33,618 nucleotides of DNA from a virus (lineage: Duplodnaviria; Heunggongvirae; Uroviricota; Caudoviricetes), in the IMG/VR virus record IMGVR_UViG_2698536590_000004, positions 1 to 33,618 of that record; one strand, given 5' to 3'. Below the pieces are notes generated by a model that was given only the letters and a program-made list of their open reading frames with translations, made no database searches and was not told the origin of the DNA. This document shows positions 1 through 7,906 of this stretch, piece after piece. Numbering within the stretch: the stretch's first letter is position 1; every line of letters starts with the position of its first letter. Made by a program: the position numbers and the translations under genes.

Positions 1-468
1 ATGCCAGATCAAAAAGAAAGTGAGAACACCAAACTCACTTGTGAAGAACAAAAGGATAATGAACTGGTTTCTCGAGTAATCGAAAATCCAGAGGTTTTAA
101 ACAGGGTTTTGGATAGTCCGCAGGTGCGGGCTATTGTTTGCCAGCATTTTCAGGGGCCTGTTCCGCCACCTTCAATGCTTAAAAAGTATGATCAACTGGT
201 GCCTGGGCTTGCAAATCGACTTGTTGAGTTGACCGAAAAAGAGCAGGCTCATCGCCATAAAACAGTGGCTGATAGCATTGATATTGCCAGAGATGGTCAA
301 ACAAAGGCTTTTTGGTTGGCAATATTGATCATCTTAGCTGCCACTGTCTTTGGCGTCATGGGGGAGACAGTTCTTGCCGGAACTCTCGTTTCAATAGATC
401 TTGTTGCATTGGTTACGGCATTTATTGTTGGAAAACATTATTCTAAGCAGGAACCTGATCAAGATTAG
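1..468 (+). CDS. DUF2335-like membrane protein; ORF begins at the window edge so the true N-terminus is uncertain
   Basis: 155-aa ORF with the motif GPVPPPSMLKKYDQLVPGLANRLVELTEKEQAHRHK that I recognise as DUF2335-like, followed by two hydrophobic helices (AFWLAILIILAATVFGVMG, LAGTLVSIDLVALVTAFIVG). Family call from memory. Confidence 0.55.
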   Translation: MPDQKESENTKLTCEEQKDNELVSRVIENPEVLNRVLDSPQVRAIVCQHFQGPVPPPSMLKKYDQLVPGLANRLVELTEKEQAHRHKTVADSIDIARDGQTKAFWLAILIILAATVFGVMGETVLAGTLVSIDLVALVTAFIVGKHYSKQEPDQD

Positions 469-476
469 TCTCCGAA

Positions 477-499
477 CCCCGGTTGATGCCGGGGTTTTT
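477..499 (+). terminator. Intrinsic terminator after the DUF2335-like gene
   Basis: CCCCGG-ttgatg-CCGGGG hairpin followed by TTTTT, 9 bp after the stop codon. Confidence 0.5.
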
Positions 500-544
500 A
501 CACTAGCAAAGCAATATCAACATTTTTCAGCTGTATTTATTTCG

Positions 545-1663
545 TCAAACAACCAATTTAACCCATTCCTGACCACGAGTATCGTTATAACGATCGGTGG
601 TTGCCTGGACTTTATGTCCCAGTAATGTTTTTGTATCAATACCCTGCGCGCGGTACAGTCGTTCTGACAGGGAGCGTTGTTCATGAAATGTTGGCGGAGT
701 TTTTCCTGCTGGTGGAGTTATCCCAGCCAGATCCCGTGCTTTGGCAAAGTAGTCGCTCAGGTTGTCTTTACTCATCGGCTTTGGTTGTTTCTGGTGCCGA
801 CTATGGATTAGATATGGACTTAATATTCTGTCTCGGCACCCATCAATAACTTCTTTTAACGTTATCCCAATGGCATCACAGCGTAGTGTAAGCGGTAACG
901 CCAGACGCATTCCGGTTTTTCCCTGGGTGATATGCAAGTGTTCGTTCCACACATCTGAAAAACGCATGTGGCAAATGTCATCACGGCGCTGACCAGTAAC
1001 AAGCGCAAGAAGCATTGCGTTACGGATAAAGTGTTTTTCAGGCGTTGCGTTGTAAATTTTTTGCCAGTCTTCCAGGGTGAGCCTGGCTCTAGTTACTTTA
1101 GGGATCGGTTTACGGGTAGCCTCCGGAGGATTCCATCCAGGAGGAACTTCCCCTGCATGCTGTGCTTCTTTATAAATATCAACCCATAATCCACGATTTA
1201 CTCTCGCTGTGCTGACCATGTCTTTATCCAGCCACTCATCCAGTATTAATGCAAAGTCTCTTACTTCCAGTTCTTTCAATGGGTGGTTTCCCAGACGGGA
1301 AACCAGGTATGCAGCCATTCGGGCTTTTTCTTTGTGAGTTGTAGCTGCAATATCTCCATTTTTCAGTCGCGTGTCCTGTATTTTCAGATATCGATCAACC
1401 CATGCCTTTAATCTGATACCCCGACGCTTTGTTGCTGACGGACTTTCATCAATTTTGCGCATGAAATATTCAGCCTCTGCTGCAGCTATTCGCTGATTGG
1501 CTGTGGAAGCGATTTTTTCTGCCTTACCTTTGTCTGTTCCGAGCCCGTGAAATTTTCCAGTCACAGGGTTTTTATACTGGTAGTAAACTCTGCCAGTTCT
1601 GCGATCAAATTTTTCGTAAAGTCCGGCTACGTCAGTGCTGTTTTTTCGTGGCCTCGGTGACAT
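545..1663 (-). CDS. int: Phage integrase, tyrosine recombinase (lambda Int family)
   Basis: 372-aa ORF; N-terminus MSPRPRKNSTDVAGLYEKFDRRTGRVYYQYKNPVTGKFHGLGTDK and C-terminus LLGHKVQATTDRYNDTRGQEWVKLVV resemble lambda Int (LLGHK...Y.D.RG.EW). Start overlaps the excisionase gene. Confidence 0.9.
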   Translation of the reverse strand: MSPRPRKNSTDVAGLYEKFDRRTGRVYYQYKNPVTGKFHGLGTDKGKAEKIASTANQRIAAAEAEYFMRKIDESPSATKRRGIRLKAWVDRYLKIQDTRLKNGDIAATTHKEKARMAAYLVSRLGNHPLKELEVRDFALILDEWLDKDMVSTARVNRGLWVDIYKEAQHAGEVPPGWNPPEATRKPIPKVTRARLTLEDWQKIYNATPEKHFIRNAMLLALVTGQRRDDICHMRFSDVWNEHLHITQGKTGMRLALPLTLRCDAIGITLKEVIDGCRDRILSPYLIHSRHQKQPKPMSKDNLSDYFAKARDLAGITPPAGKTPPTFHEQRSLSERLYRAQGIDTKTLLGHKVQATTDRYNDTRGQEWVKLVV

Positions 1664-1901
1664 GAGTTAAAATCTCCTTCAGTGCATCATCATCGCCAGT
1701 ATGAATTTCCGGCGCAATTCCTGTTTCACCAGGTCCAACAAATACTGCTCGGCGATCTATCAGCCAACGCCCACGAATTTTTTGTGGTCTTGGAACGATG
1801 TATCCTAGTTTTCCGTATTTCACTAGGGTAGTGTTTGTTATTGGGAGACTGAACCGTTTTGGCTTCCACTCATCGAGCGTTATCAGGTACTGTTCGCTCA
1901 T
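1632..1901 (-). CDS. xis: Excisionase-like protein (Xis)
   Basis: Small basic ORF immediately upstream of and overlapping int, as in lambdoid int-xis modules. Trimmed to ATG at 1901 (MSEQYLITLDEW...), which has a GGAG 8 nt upstream; the ORF-track start at 1910 is GTG. Confidence 0.65.
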   Translation of the reverse strand: MSEQYLITLDEWKPKRFSLPITNTTLVKYGKLGYIVPRPQKIRGRWLIDRRAVFVGPGETGIAPEIHTGDDDALKEILTHVTEATKKQH

Positions 1902-1962
1902 GGCTATCACTCCGGAACGCGCCAGTTGCAGAATACCAACGACAACTGGCGACGGTTGAACA

Positions 1963-4434
1963 TTAAAAATCAGCCTGACTCGGGATCAGTTTTTGCCAGA
2001 TAGCTGAAACGTATTTTGCCTGGTAACGGGCGTCATCAAGTGCATTGTGGCGCTCACCTTCGAATGGAATATCCGTTCTGGCATCGAAGTCTATGGCTTT
2101 CCCCAGCTCAACGATTGTGCGTACATCGCGATCGTTGTAGTAACGCCACGGGCAGGGGATCCCCTGCCGTTCGTATGAACGGCGCAAAATCGTGTTGTCG
2201 AAGTTGGCTCCATTTCCCCAGACCTGAACAAAAAATTCACCGGAGTTTTCGTCGATAAATTCCCGCAATTGTAACAGTGCATCATCTAACGGGATTTCAT
2301 CGGTCATAATGGCAGATTGCGCTTCGCGTGATTGCTTAAGCCACCATTTAATGGTGTCCCGATCAATGACTCCGCCAGCAGTTTCCAGATCGATAGTCTT
2401 ACTAAATTCCGGTCCCATATCTCCGGTTTGCGGATCGAAAAATATTGCACCTATTGAGATAATCGGGGCATCAGGATTTTTTCCCATGGTTTCAAGGTCG
2501 ATCATTAGATGGTCACACGTCCTGCTGGTGGATGCGATAACGTGATGACCGTTCACCGTAATTAAGGGATCTGCCGTCTCGCCAGTTTCACTATCGCTGG
2601 CGTGATCCTGAGCGCTGCCAGCATTCTCCTTGTGTGGATGTTCAGCGCCTTCCATTTTCTCCGAATCGTCTTCCTGAACTTCAACCTGGTTCTTGTCATC
2701 GAATGTTTCCTGGTATGTTGCGTCGCCCATCACTGCACCACAATCAGGGCAGTTGCCGCCACCGCTTTGACCGCAGGCGGTGCAGATCTTTTCCGGTTCC
2801 TGTTGCACTACTGGTTCAGGTTGTTTCGTTTCTGGCTCGTTTTGTTGCGTATTTGGGCTGTTTTGTTCCGCTTTCTGGTCGTTCTGTTCCGTTTCTTGCT
2901 GGTTCTGGTTCACAGAATCGCGGGTTTCAATCCCCTTCACCCATTTCGGATCATTCGGATCGCTAATCCCTGCAACAAATTCACCACGTGATACTGCAAG
3001 CAGTTCATCGGCGTCAGGCTGGCTGATATTGGCTGCCTGCATAATTTTGTTTACTTCGTCAGCGGTAACTTTTACCGGCCCTGGTTGTGCGGTCGTGTCA
3101 GATGCACCAGTATTTTGTTGTGAACCTGAGTATGTACCGTTTTTGCGGGCGAAATATTCTTCTTTCGTGATTTCAGTAGCCCCGGCAGCCAGTGCCTTAT
3201 CCAGACCAGAAAGTTTGTTTGCGCGACCGTATTTTTCGCCATCCTTGTCGGTGAAGAGGAAGTAGAACGGCCCCTCACGCTCTACAGATGGTTCGACTTC
3301 CACTTTGCATTCGGTTTTTTCGTTGTCCGGAATTGCCGTTTCCACTGCATCAGTTTCTGGTACTGGCGACGAGAGAGTATCAGTTGCGCTCTGATTTCTT
3401 CCTTCATCTTCAAACACGCCCTTTGTAGTCAGGTATTCAGTAATGTATTTGTTCAGTGCTACTGGATCTTTGTGAATGTCGATCGGACGCTCACGGACAA
3501 GGCCAAAAATAGTCTGACGGTCGTAGCGAACGGCATCGGGTTGTTTGCGCATTGATGCGGAAATGCGCTTCCAGTCTTCGCGATCTTTGTCGATAACTTC
3601 ATTTTTTGCCCAGCGATGGATGCTGCCGTCAATGTTTCCGGCATTAATATCGCCAGGCCACAGAGCGTAGGCCAGTTCTTCATCCAGCGTTTTCCATGTC
3701 TGCTTGTATTCGCGATGAGTGGCAGCAATGACCGGGTTGATTTTTCCTGTTGAATTTTCAGTGTTCTGTTGATTGGCTCTGGCGCGGGCGAGATCAACAA
3801 CAGACGTGTATTTTCCGGTTTCCTTGCGTTCACCTTCGCGACGTTTTTTCCAGATGCGCATCTCTGCCTGAATTTCGGGCCATTTGGCACCAGGCTTACA
3901 TTTATGCTTAACCCACCCGATGGCATGCAGCTTAAGCTCCGGATACATGGCGTTAACTTCTGGCATTTTCATCAATGCTTCAACGATATGTCCGTCGAAT
4001 GTTGCCATGTCTTCCTGCAACAATTCCTGTGCGCTAATCACCATATCAACGGTGATGTTTTCACATGTGTCGAACTTAACCATGACAGCGTTCTGTACTT
4101 CAGGGGCCAGCTTGTCAAAAGTGACGTTCATCGGATCGGATTCAGTCTCAACCGGTACAAAGGAAGCAGACTCCTCATCCCAGCGGTTTTCCTGCATATA
4201 TTCAGCATCCCAGGAATCGAGGGCAGGGCGGGGTATACCGGGTTTATCCTCGCAAACAAGAAATTTATAAGCGCAGTCCTGAGCAGCCGGATAATGTTCC
4301 AGGAATTGCCAGTGAAATTTTGCGCGGGCGCGACGTTCATCACCGGCTTCAATGGCAGTGGCTACAGCGACTGCACCTTCTTCCTTTATTGCCTGTTCGT
4401 CCGGAATGGCGGCGCAAATAAAGACTTTACTCAT
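1963..4434 (-). CDS. Exodeoxyribonuclease VIII-like protein: RecE-like central region, Zn-ribbon, C-terminal DEDDh 3'-5' exonuclease domain
   Basis: 823-aa ORF. Central block LLAVSRGEFVAGISDPNDPKWVKGIETRD resembles E. coli RecE; CTACGQSGGGNCPDCG is a Cys4 ribbon; C-terminus has DEDDh-type motifs (MIDLETMG, WGNGANFD, HNALDDARY). Confidence 0.85.
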   Translation of the reverse strand: MSKVFICAAIPDEQAIKEEGAVAVATAIEAGDERRARAKFHWQFLEHYPAAQDCAYKFLVCEDKPGIPRPALDSWDAEYMQENRWDEESASFVPVETESDPMNVTFDKLAPEVQNAVMVKFDTCENITVDMVISAQELLQEDMATFDGHIVEALMKMPEVNAMYPELKLHAIGWVKHKCKPGAKWPEIQAEMRIWKKRREGERKETGKYTSVVDLARARANQQNTENSTGKINPVIAATHREYKQTWKTLDEELAYALWPGDINAGNIDGSIHRWAKNEVIDKDREDWKRISASMRKQPDAVRYDRQTIFGLVRERPIDIHKDPVALNKYITEYLTTKGVFEDEGRNQSATDTLSSPVPETDAVETAIPDNEKTECKVEVEPSVEREGPFYFLFTDKDGEKYGRANKLSGLDKALAAGATEITKEEYFARKNGTYSGSQQNTGASDTTAQPGPVKVTADEVNKIMQAANISQPDADELLAVSRGEFVAGISDPNDPKWVKGIETRDSVNQNQQETEQNDQKAEQNSPNTQQNEPETKQPEPVVQQEPEKICTACGQSGGGNCPDCGAVMGDATYQETFDDKNQVEVQEDDSEKMEGAEHPHKENAGSAQDHASDSETGETADPLITVNGHHVIASTSRTCDHLMIDLETMGKNPDAPIISIGAIFFDPQTGDMGPEFSKTIDLETAGGVIDRDTIKWWLKQSREAQSAIMTDEIPLDDALLQLREFIDENSGEFFVQVWGNGANFDNTILRRSYERQGIPCPWRYYNDRDVRTIVELGKAIDFDARTDIPFEGERHNALDDARYQAKYVSAIWQKLIPSQADF

Positions 4435-4526
4435 TTTGTTTTACCTCATTACAGATTTAAGGGTGAACAAATCCCTGCCATTGCTGGCATATAAAAATGA
4501 AACCGGATATTTATTACGGTGCTGGT

Positions 4527-4718
4527 TTAAAGCCCTGCCGGGACTTCGTTATTATCCATGCGAATAACTTTATCGACCGGATAACAGTTACCGGGAATTT
4601 TCTGTTCCGCTGCGGCAGCCATGCATTCTTTCATTGAGCCGTATACGCCAGTAACCATGTCAACCGGTTCACCGGAAACAAGAAAAACCGTCAGAACAAG
4701 TGCAAATGTGGTATTCAT
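4527..4718 (-). CDS. Small secreted/membrane-anchored protein, unknown function
   Basis: 63 codons from ATG at 4718 (MNTTFALVLTVFLVSGEPVD..., hydrophobic N-terminus); AGGA 8 nt upstream; start overlaps the stop of the upstream gene as ATGA. Confidence 0.45.
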   Translation of the reverse strand: MNTTFALVLTVFLVSGEPVDMVTGVYGSMKECMAAAAEQKIPGNCYPVDKVIRMDNNEVPAGL

Positions 4719-4903
4719 TGCCAGTATCCTTTTTGAGTCGGACGTAAACGGGCCAGCATAGAAAGAATGCAAATTTGATTTAATAACTCCCGTTCGTGTT
4801 TTCTCTTATTAATGGCATCTTCAGTAAATACAGGGTTACTGATTCTGACACCAATTTCAAAACAACCTTCAGACGTATTAACGTTTGGTAATAACGTTTC
4901 CAT
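4715..4903 (-). CDS. Small hypothetical protein, first gene of the leftward early operon
   Basis: 62-aa ORF, same strand as the exonuclease, stop overlapping the next start. No recognisable family. Confidence 0.4.
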   Translation of the reverse strand: METLLPNVNTSEGCFEIGVRISNPVFTEDAINKRKHERELLNQICILSMLARLRPTQKGYWQ

Positions 4904-5439
4904 TATCGCGTCCTCAACAATGAATTTTGTGATGCGGTGCCTGGTGCCTCCAGGTGACGTTAACCAGTTAACAATTAACGCCGGATACAGGGAAACCCAT
5001 AAACACCCGATACGGGGGAACTAATCGCTTTTTAACTGTTCCGCGTGCGCTCAGCCGCATTCACCGCATCACAAAATTCACTTTAAAAAGGGCGGACATC
5101 AGCCAGCAATGAAACTGATGCCGCCAAAGGTACAAATCAACATGGAGTGTTGTAGCGGGGTTGTCACTCAGGCGTATGGTCAACCTGACAACCCGGTGCT
5201 ACCAGTGGGGGTAAGGATAACCCCGCCATACTTACCGCCGCGCCATTTCGCGGAGTGCCACAACCGGAAGCGCACGGTCGAAGATACCGGCGACACGCAA
5301 CAGAGGGAGAAATGACTTCGCCGTGCGCTTTCGTGTTGTGTGCCTGCTTTTAACCACGTCAGGCGAGGTGGTTCCTGTCATTCCCCAACGACAAGAAATC
5401 TGTATAATCTGGATATCCCCAACGATCCAAGGAAATCAT
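4904..5439. promoter_or_regulatory. Structured non-coding region between divergent early-left genes and the rightward accessory module
   Basis: Perfect 18-bp inverted repeat GAATTTTGTGATGCGGTG (4910-4927) / CACCGCATCACAAAATTC (5050-5067) flanking 122 bp; GTTAACCAGTTAAC (4947-4960); boxA-like CGCTTTTTAAC (5014-5024); hairpin GGGTTGTCA/TGACAACCC (5146-5182); 16-bp stem AAGCGCACGGTCGAAG/CTTCGCCGTGCGCTTT (5256-5319); TATAAT at 5391-5396. ORF-track ORFs here look spurious. Confidence 0.45.
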
Positions 5440-5586
5440 ATGACAGAGCAAAGAGCACAAGCAGGTGGTGGCAATTCGACACATAAAACAGTCTGGGATC
5501 ACATACCAGAGAAAAACATTCGACCAAAACCATCTCCAGCTCCTTCGGAGGAGAGGGGGAACAGCAACAACCAAACAAGCAGGTGA
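5440..5586 (+). CDS. Small hydrophilic protein (48 aa), possible first gene of the rightward accessory module
   Basis: ATG at 5440 with AGGAAA upstream; stop lies inside the RBS of the next gene. Low complexity, could be non-coding. Confidence 0.3.
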   Translation: MTEQRAQAGGGNSTHKTVWDHIPEKNIRPKPSPAPSEERGNSNNQTSR

Positions 5587-5592
5587 TGATGT

Positions 5593-6039
5593 ATGGACCG
5601 GGATGATATTCTTGACAGAATTTTATATGGCTATTTTCTTGAGCAACTATTTTCTGTAGCGACTGGTCGTCTCGATAAACTTCTCTCAGTGGTGAGTATT
5701 ATCCTCGGTTCATCTGTCATTGGCGGATTCATTCCGGAAATTTCTGGCGTTTTTATTGTTGTGATCGCAACCGTCCAAACGATTTATGGATTCGGACAAA
5801 AGTCAGGTAACGCCATGAGAAAATCCGCAGAATATTTGCAGCTTTTTGATGATGCAGAAAAATATTCTGATTCTGAATTGAAAATGCAGTTAAAAATTCT
5901 GGAAAAAACGGATGATCATATTTGGTCATCACTTAAAGATATTGCGATCTTAAAAACACAGATCAAAATAGGCGTTTCCATCGAACAACAAGAGAAGCTG
6001 CCCACAAAATCTAAATTGATGCGATTTCTTTGTGGTTAG
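5593..6039 (+). CDS. Two-TM membrane protein, unknown function (possible superinfection-exclusion/abortive-infection type)
   Basis: 148-aa ORF with AGGTGA RBS; two adjacent hydrophobic helices (LLSVVSIILGSSVIGGFI, ISGVFIVVIATVQTIYGF) then a charged C-terminal domain; opposite strand to the early-left operon. Confidence 0.6.
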   Translation: MDRDDILDRILYGYFLEQLFSVATGRLDKLLSVVSIILGSSVIGGFIPEISGVFIVVIATVQTIYGFGQKSGNAMRKSAEYLQLFDDAEKYSDSELKMQLKILEKTDDHIWSSLKDIAILKTQIKIGVSIEQQEKLPTKSKLMRFLCG

Positions 6040-6092
6040 GAATATCCAGAATGTTAAAGAGCATGCCGGAGATTTATCCGTGTCCGGCGCAT

Positions 6093-6117
6093 GTTCTCCA
6101 CCTCACCCGTGGAGAAC
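6093..6117. terminator. Hairpin between convergent genes (possible bidirectional terminator)
   Basis: Perfect 9-bp stem GTTCTCCAC-ctcaccc-GTGGAGAAC directly abutting the stop of the 6118..6504 gene and about 55 bp after the 5593..6039 gene; no clean U-tract. Confidence 0.4.
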
Positions 6118-6504
6118 TTAATGATTAATTGATATTTTATAGTTGGCTTCAACTTTCCCATCTGAAGTGGGATGCTTTAAATCACAGGAATTAATGTTGC
6201 ACTCAGTAAAATGGTTTTTAAGGGGTTCTATTCGAATCCCTTTCTTTTCCATCAACAAACCAAACCCCTTGTTAATGATATCCATTAATTCCAGGAAGTA
6301 TTTTTCAGAGGAATCATGCTTATCAGAGTGCTGCTTCTCTTCGTACAACCCGATAAAGGCACGGCGCACGTTACCGGATATATTATCTATGGTTTCTTTT
6401 TCTACGGTACTCAGGTCAAGAGTCGCCAATTGAGAACGAACTATATTCGCTGCCATTTCCTGGAAAGGTGTTGGTAAATCTTTAAATTCCATCGTTAATC
6501 TCAT
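6118..6504 (-). CDS. Hypothetical protein (128 aa), second gene of the module downstream of cI
   Basis: AT-rich ORF; start ATG overlaps the stop of the upstream gene (TGATGA); alternative ATG at 6492 (MEFKDL...). No motif I recognise. Confidence 0.6.
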   Translation of the reverse strand: MRLTMEFKDLPTPFQEMAANIVRSQLATLDLSTVEKETIDNISGNVRRAFIGLYEEKQHSDKHDSSEKYFLELMDIINKGFGLLMEKKGIRIEPLKNHFTECNINSCDLKHPTSDGKVEANYKISINH

Positions 6505-6734
6505 CAGTCAGTATTTCTGGATAACCAGCGACGCGCGCCAGCTTCGGTTTTAAACGTTTTGCTTTTGGTATACGTCATCGCGGTGAACGTACCGTCCTGG
6601 TTGGGAAACACGCCACATACCAGAGATTCGCTGTTGCCAAGATCGATAGTATCCATGTTGACCTCATTTCCCCTTAACGCCGGGGTAGCGGAACAAAAAC
6701 CTGCTGCATAGTTAAAGTTGAACCCTGCCGTCAT
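6504..6734 (-). CDS. Small hypothetical protein (76 aa, or 50 aa from the internal start at 6656)
   Basis: Downstream of and co-oriented with cI; both in-frame ATGs (6734 and 6656) have plausible GAGG-type RBS. No family I can name. Confidence 0.5.
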   Translation of the reverse strand: MTAGFNFNYAAGFCSATPALRGNEVNMDTIDLGNSESLVCGVFPNQDGTFTAMTYTKSKTFKTEAGARRWLSRNTD

Positions 6735-6945
6735 GTTCTTACGCCTCGGGCTGGCTACTTAACCCCTGACCACTGCCTGGTAACTCGAAGTATTGCCCTG
6801 CATTCTGTGGGGTGGGGTGAGGGAATGAATGAAGTTTAGAAAAATGAACTTTCCAGGTCAATGTTTTTTTATCAAAACATTTTAAGCAGGCAGCTGTTAA
6901 GCCATCACCACGATGGCATACAGTTAATCAAATAGATGAGGTTGG

Positions 6946-7584
6946 TTAAATATCTTGTTGAATTTTAAAGCATACGCCCAATATGCAAGATAGATCATCC
7001 AGCATAATTGAAGGGTAGCGAGGATTCGTGGGGACTAAAAGAATATCCGGCCCTTCTATCTCCAGTTTACGAATGACAGGTGTTGTGGTCCCTTTGGGTA
7101 AGGCAAGGACAATATTTCCTGGTTGTACGGTTCGATCGGGATCAACAAAAACTGTTGAACCATTTGGGATGGAAACTCCCCCACCAGATGTTGACATACT
7201 GTCACTCTCTAGAACAACTGCAAAGGTATTGGCCGGGATTTCTCCGACAAGCTGCACACAAGAGGTTATTGAGGAATTTTTCATATAATCACTCCAGCTT
7301 GCTGCCTGCTGAAGTGATAGTAGCGGAACCGTTTTTATCGGCGGTAAAGATAGATCAAGCGAATCACCTGTATTTAACTCTCCTCCATTAAGAAGCCAAT
7401 TTTCGTTTACTTTCAATATCTTTGCCAGTGAACTTATGTAACGCGAGGACGGCGCTCCTCCACCGTTCATCCATTGACTTACGGAGCCTTTTGATGCGCC
7501 AGTGGCATTGACAAGGTCTTTGCCTTTCAGGTTTAGCGCATGCATACGTTGGGTTATGCGTTCAGATATTGTTTGCTTGCTCAT
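6946..7584 (-). CDS. CI-like prophage repressor: N-terminal XRE-type HTH plus C-terminal S24 (LexA-like) peptidase domain
   Basis: 212-aa ORF; N-terminal region (ISERITQRMHALNLKGKDLVNATGASKGSVSQWMNG) reads as an HTH; the C-terminal half reads as an S24 autopeptidase domain with candidate catalytic Ser (ESDSM) and Lys (VIRKL); divergent from the cro-like gene. Confidence 0.9.
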   Translation of the reverse strand: MSKQTISERITQRMHALNLKGKDLVNATGASKGSVSQWMNGGGAPSSRYISSLAKILKVNENWLLNGGELNTGDSLDLSLPPIKTVPLLSLQQAASWSDYMKNSSITSCVQLVGEIPANTFAVVLESDSMSTSGGGVSIPNGSTVFVDPDRTVQPGNIVLALPKGTTTPVIRKLEIEGPDILLVPTNPRYPSIMLDDLSCILGVCFKIQQDI

Positions 7585-7675
7585 GTTTTGATTTTAAAAC
7601 ACAGATGGTTTTGTTTCTTGACTTTCTTTGGTTTTGATTATTAAACTTTTGGCATTCAGTTTTATGGAGCGACTC
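7585..7675. promoter_or_regulatory. Divergent promoter/operator region between cI-like and cro-like genes
   Basis: 91-bp AT-rich spacer with three GTTTTG(A/T)TT repeats, a GTTTTgattttAAAAC palindrome, TTGACT (7618-7623) as candidate -35 for rightward transcription and GGAG RBS before the cro-like ATG. Confidence 0.5.
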
Positions 7676-7906
7676 ATGAAAAAATCAGAAGTATTAGGCT
7701 ATTTTGGCGGAGTTGTTAAAACAGCCGCAGCTCTAGGAACGTCAAAAACCACAGTCAGCATGTGGGGGGAAGAGGTTCCGTGGAAATGGGCGTTGCTAAT
7801 TCAGGCAGTCACTGCCGGGGCGCTCAAATATGAGTTACACATACCGACGGTTGTCATTCCCGGTTCTGATCATAATCCGCCTTCTAACCAAGGGGGGGAT
7901 TCATGA
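7676..7906 (+). CDS. Cro-like HTH regulator (YdaS-like)
   Basis: 76 aa from ATG at 7676 (MKKSEVLGYFGGVVKTAAALGTSKTTVSMW...), an HTH pattern; divergent from the repressor; stop overlaps the next start (ATGA). Confidence 0.75.
   Translation: MKKSEVLGYFGGVVKTAAALGTSKTTVSMWGEEVPWKWALLIQAVTAGALKYELHIPTVVIPGSDHNPPSNQGGDS

Noticed and set aside
2016-3265. Plus-strand ORFs inside the exonuclease gene (2016..2258, 2309..2545, 2602..2991, 2780..3265)
   Set aside because: All are antisense to a well-supported 823-aa gene and lack start context.
5100-5330. Retron msr/msd-like structured RNA (long stems, flanking inverted repeats)
   Set aside because: No reverse-transcriptase ORF on either strand within several kb; downstream ORFs are a 48-codon ORF and a 2-TM protein. 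Kept only as a generic structured region.
4904-6117. N-type antiterminator gene in the early-left region
   Set aside because: No small Arg-rich N-like ORF is present; a boxA-like motif exists but on the strand opposite to early-left transcription, so no nutL call was made.
6225-6247. tRNA T-loop-like motif (TTCGAATCC) on the plus strand
   Set aside because: No acceptor or anticodon stems could be built around it, and it lies inside the 6118..6504 coding sequence on the opposite strand; judged coincidental.
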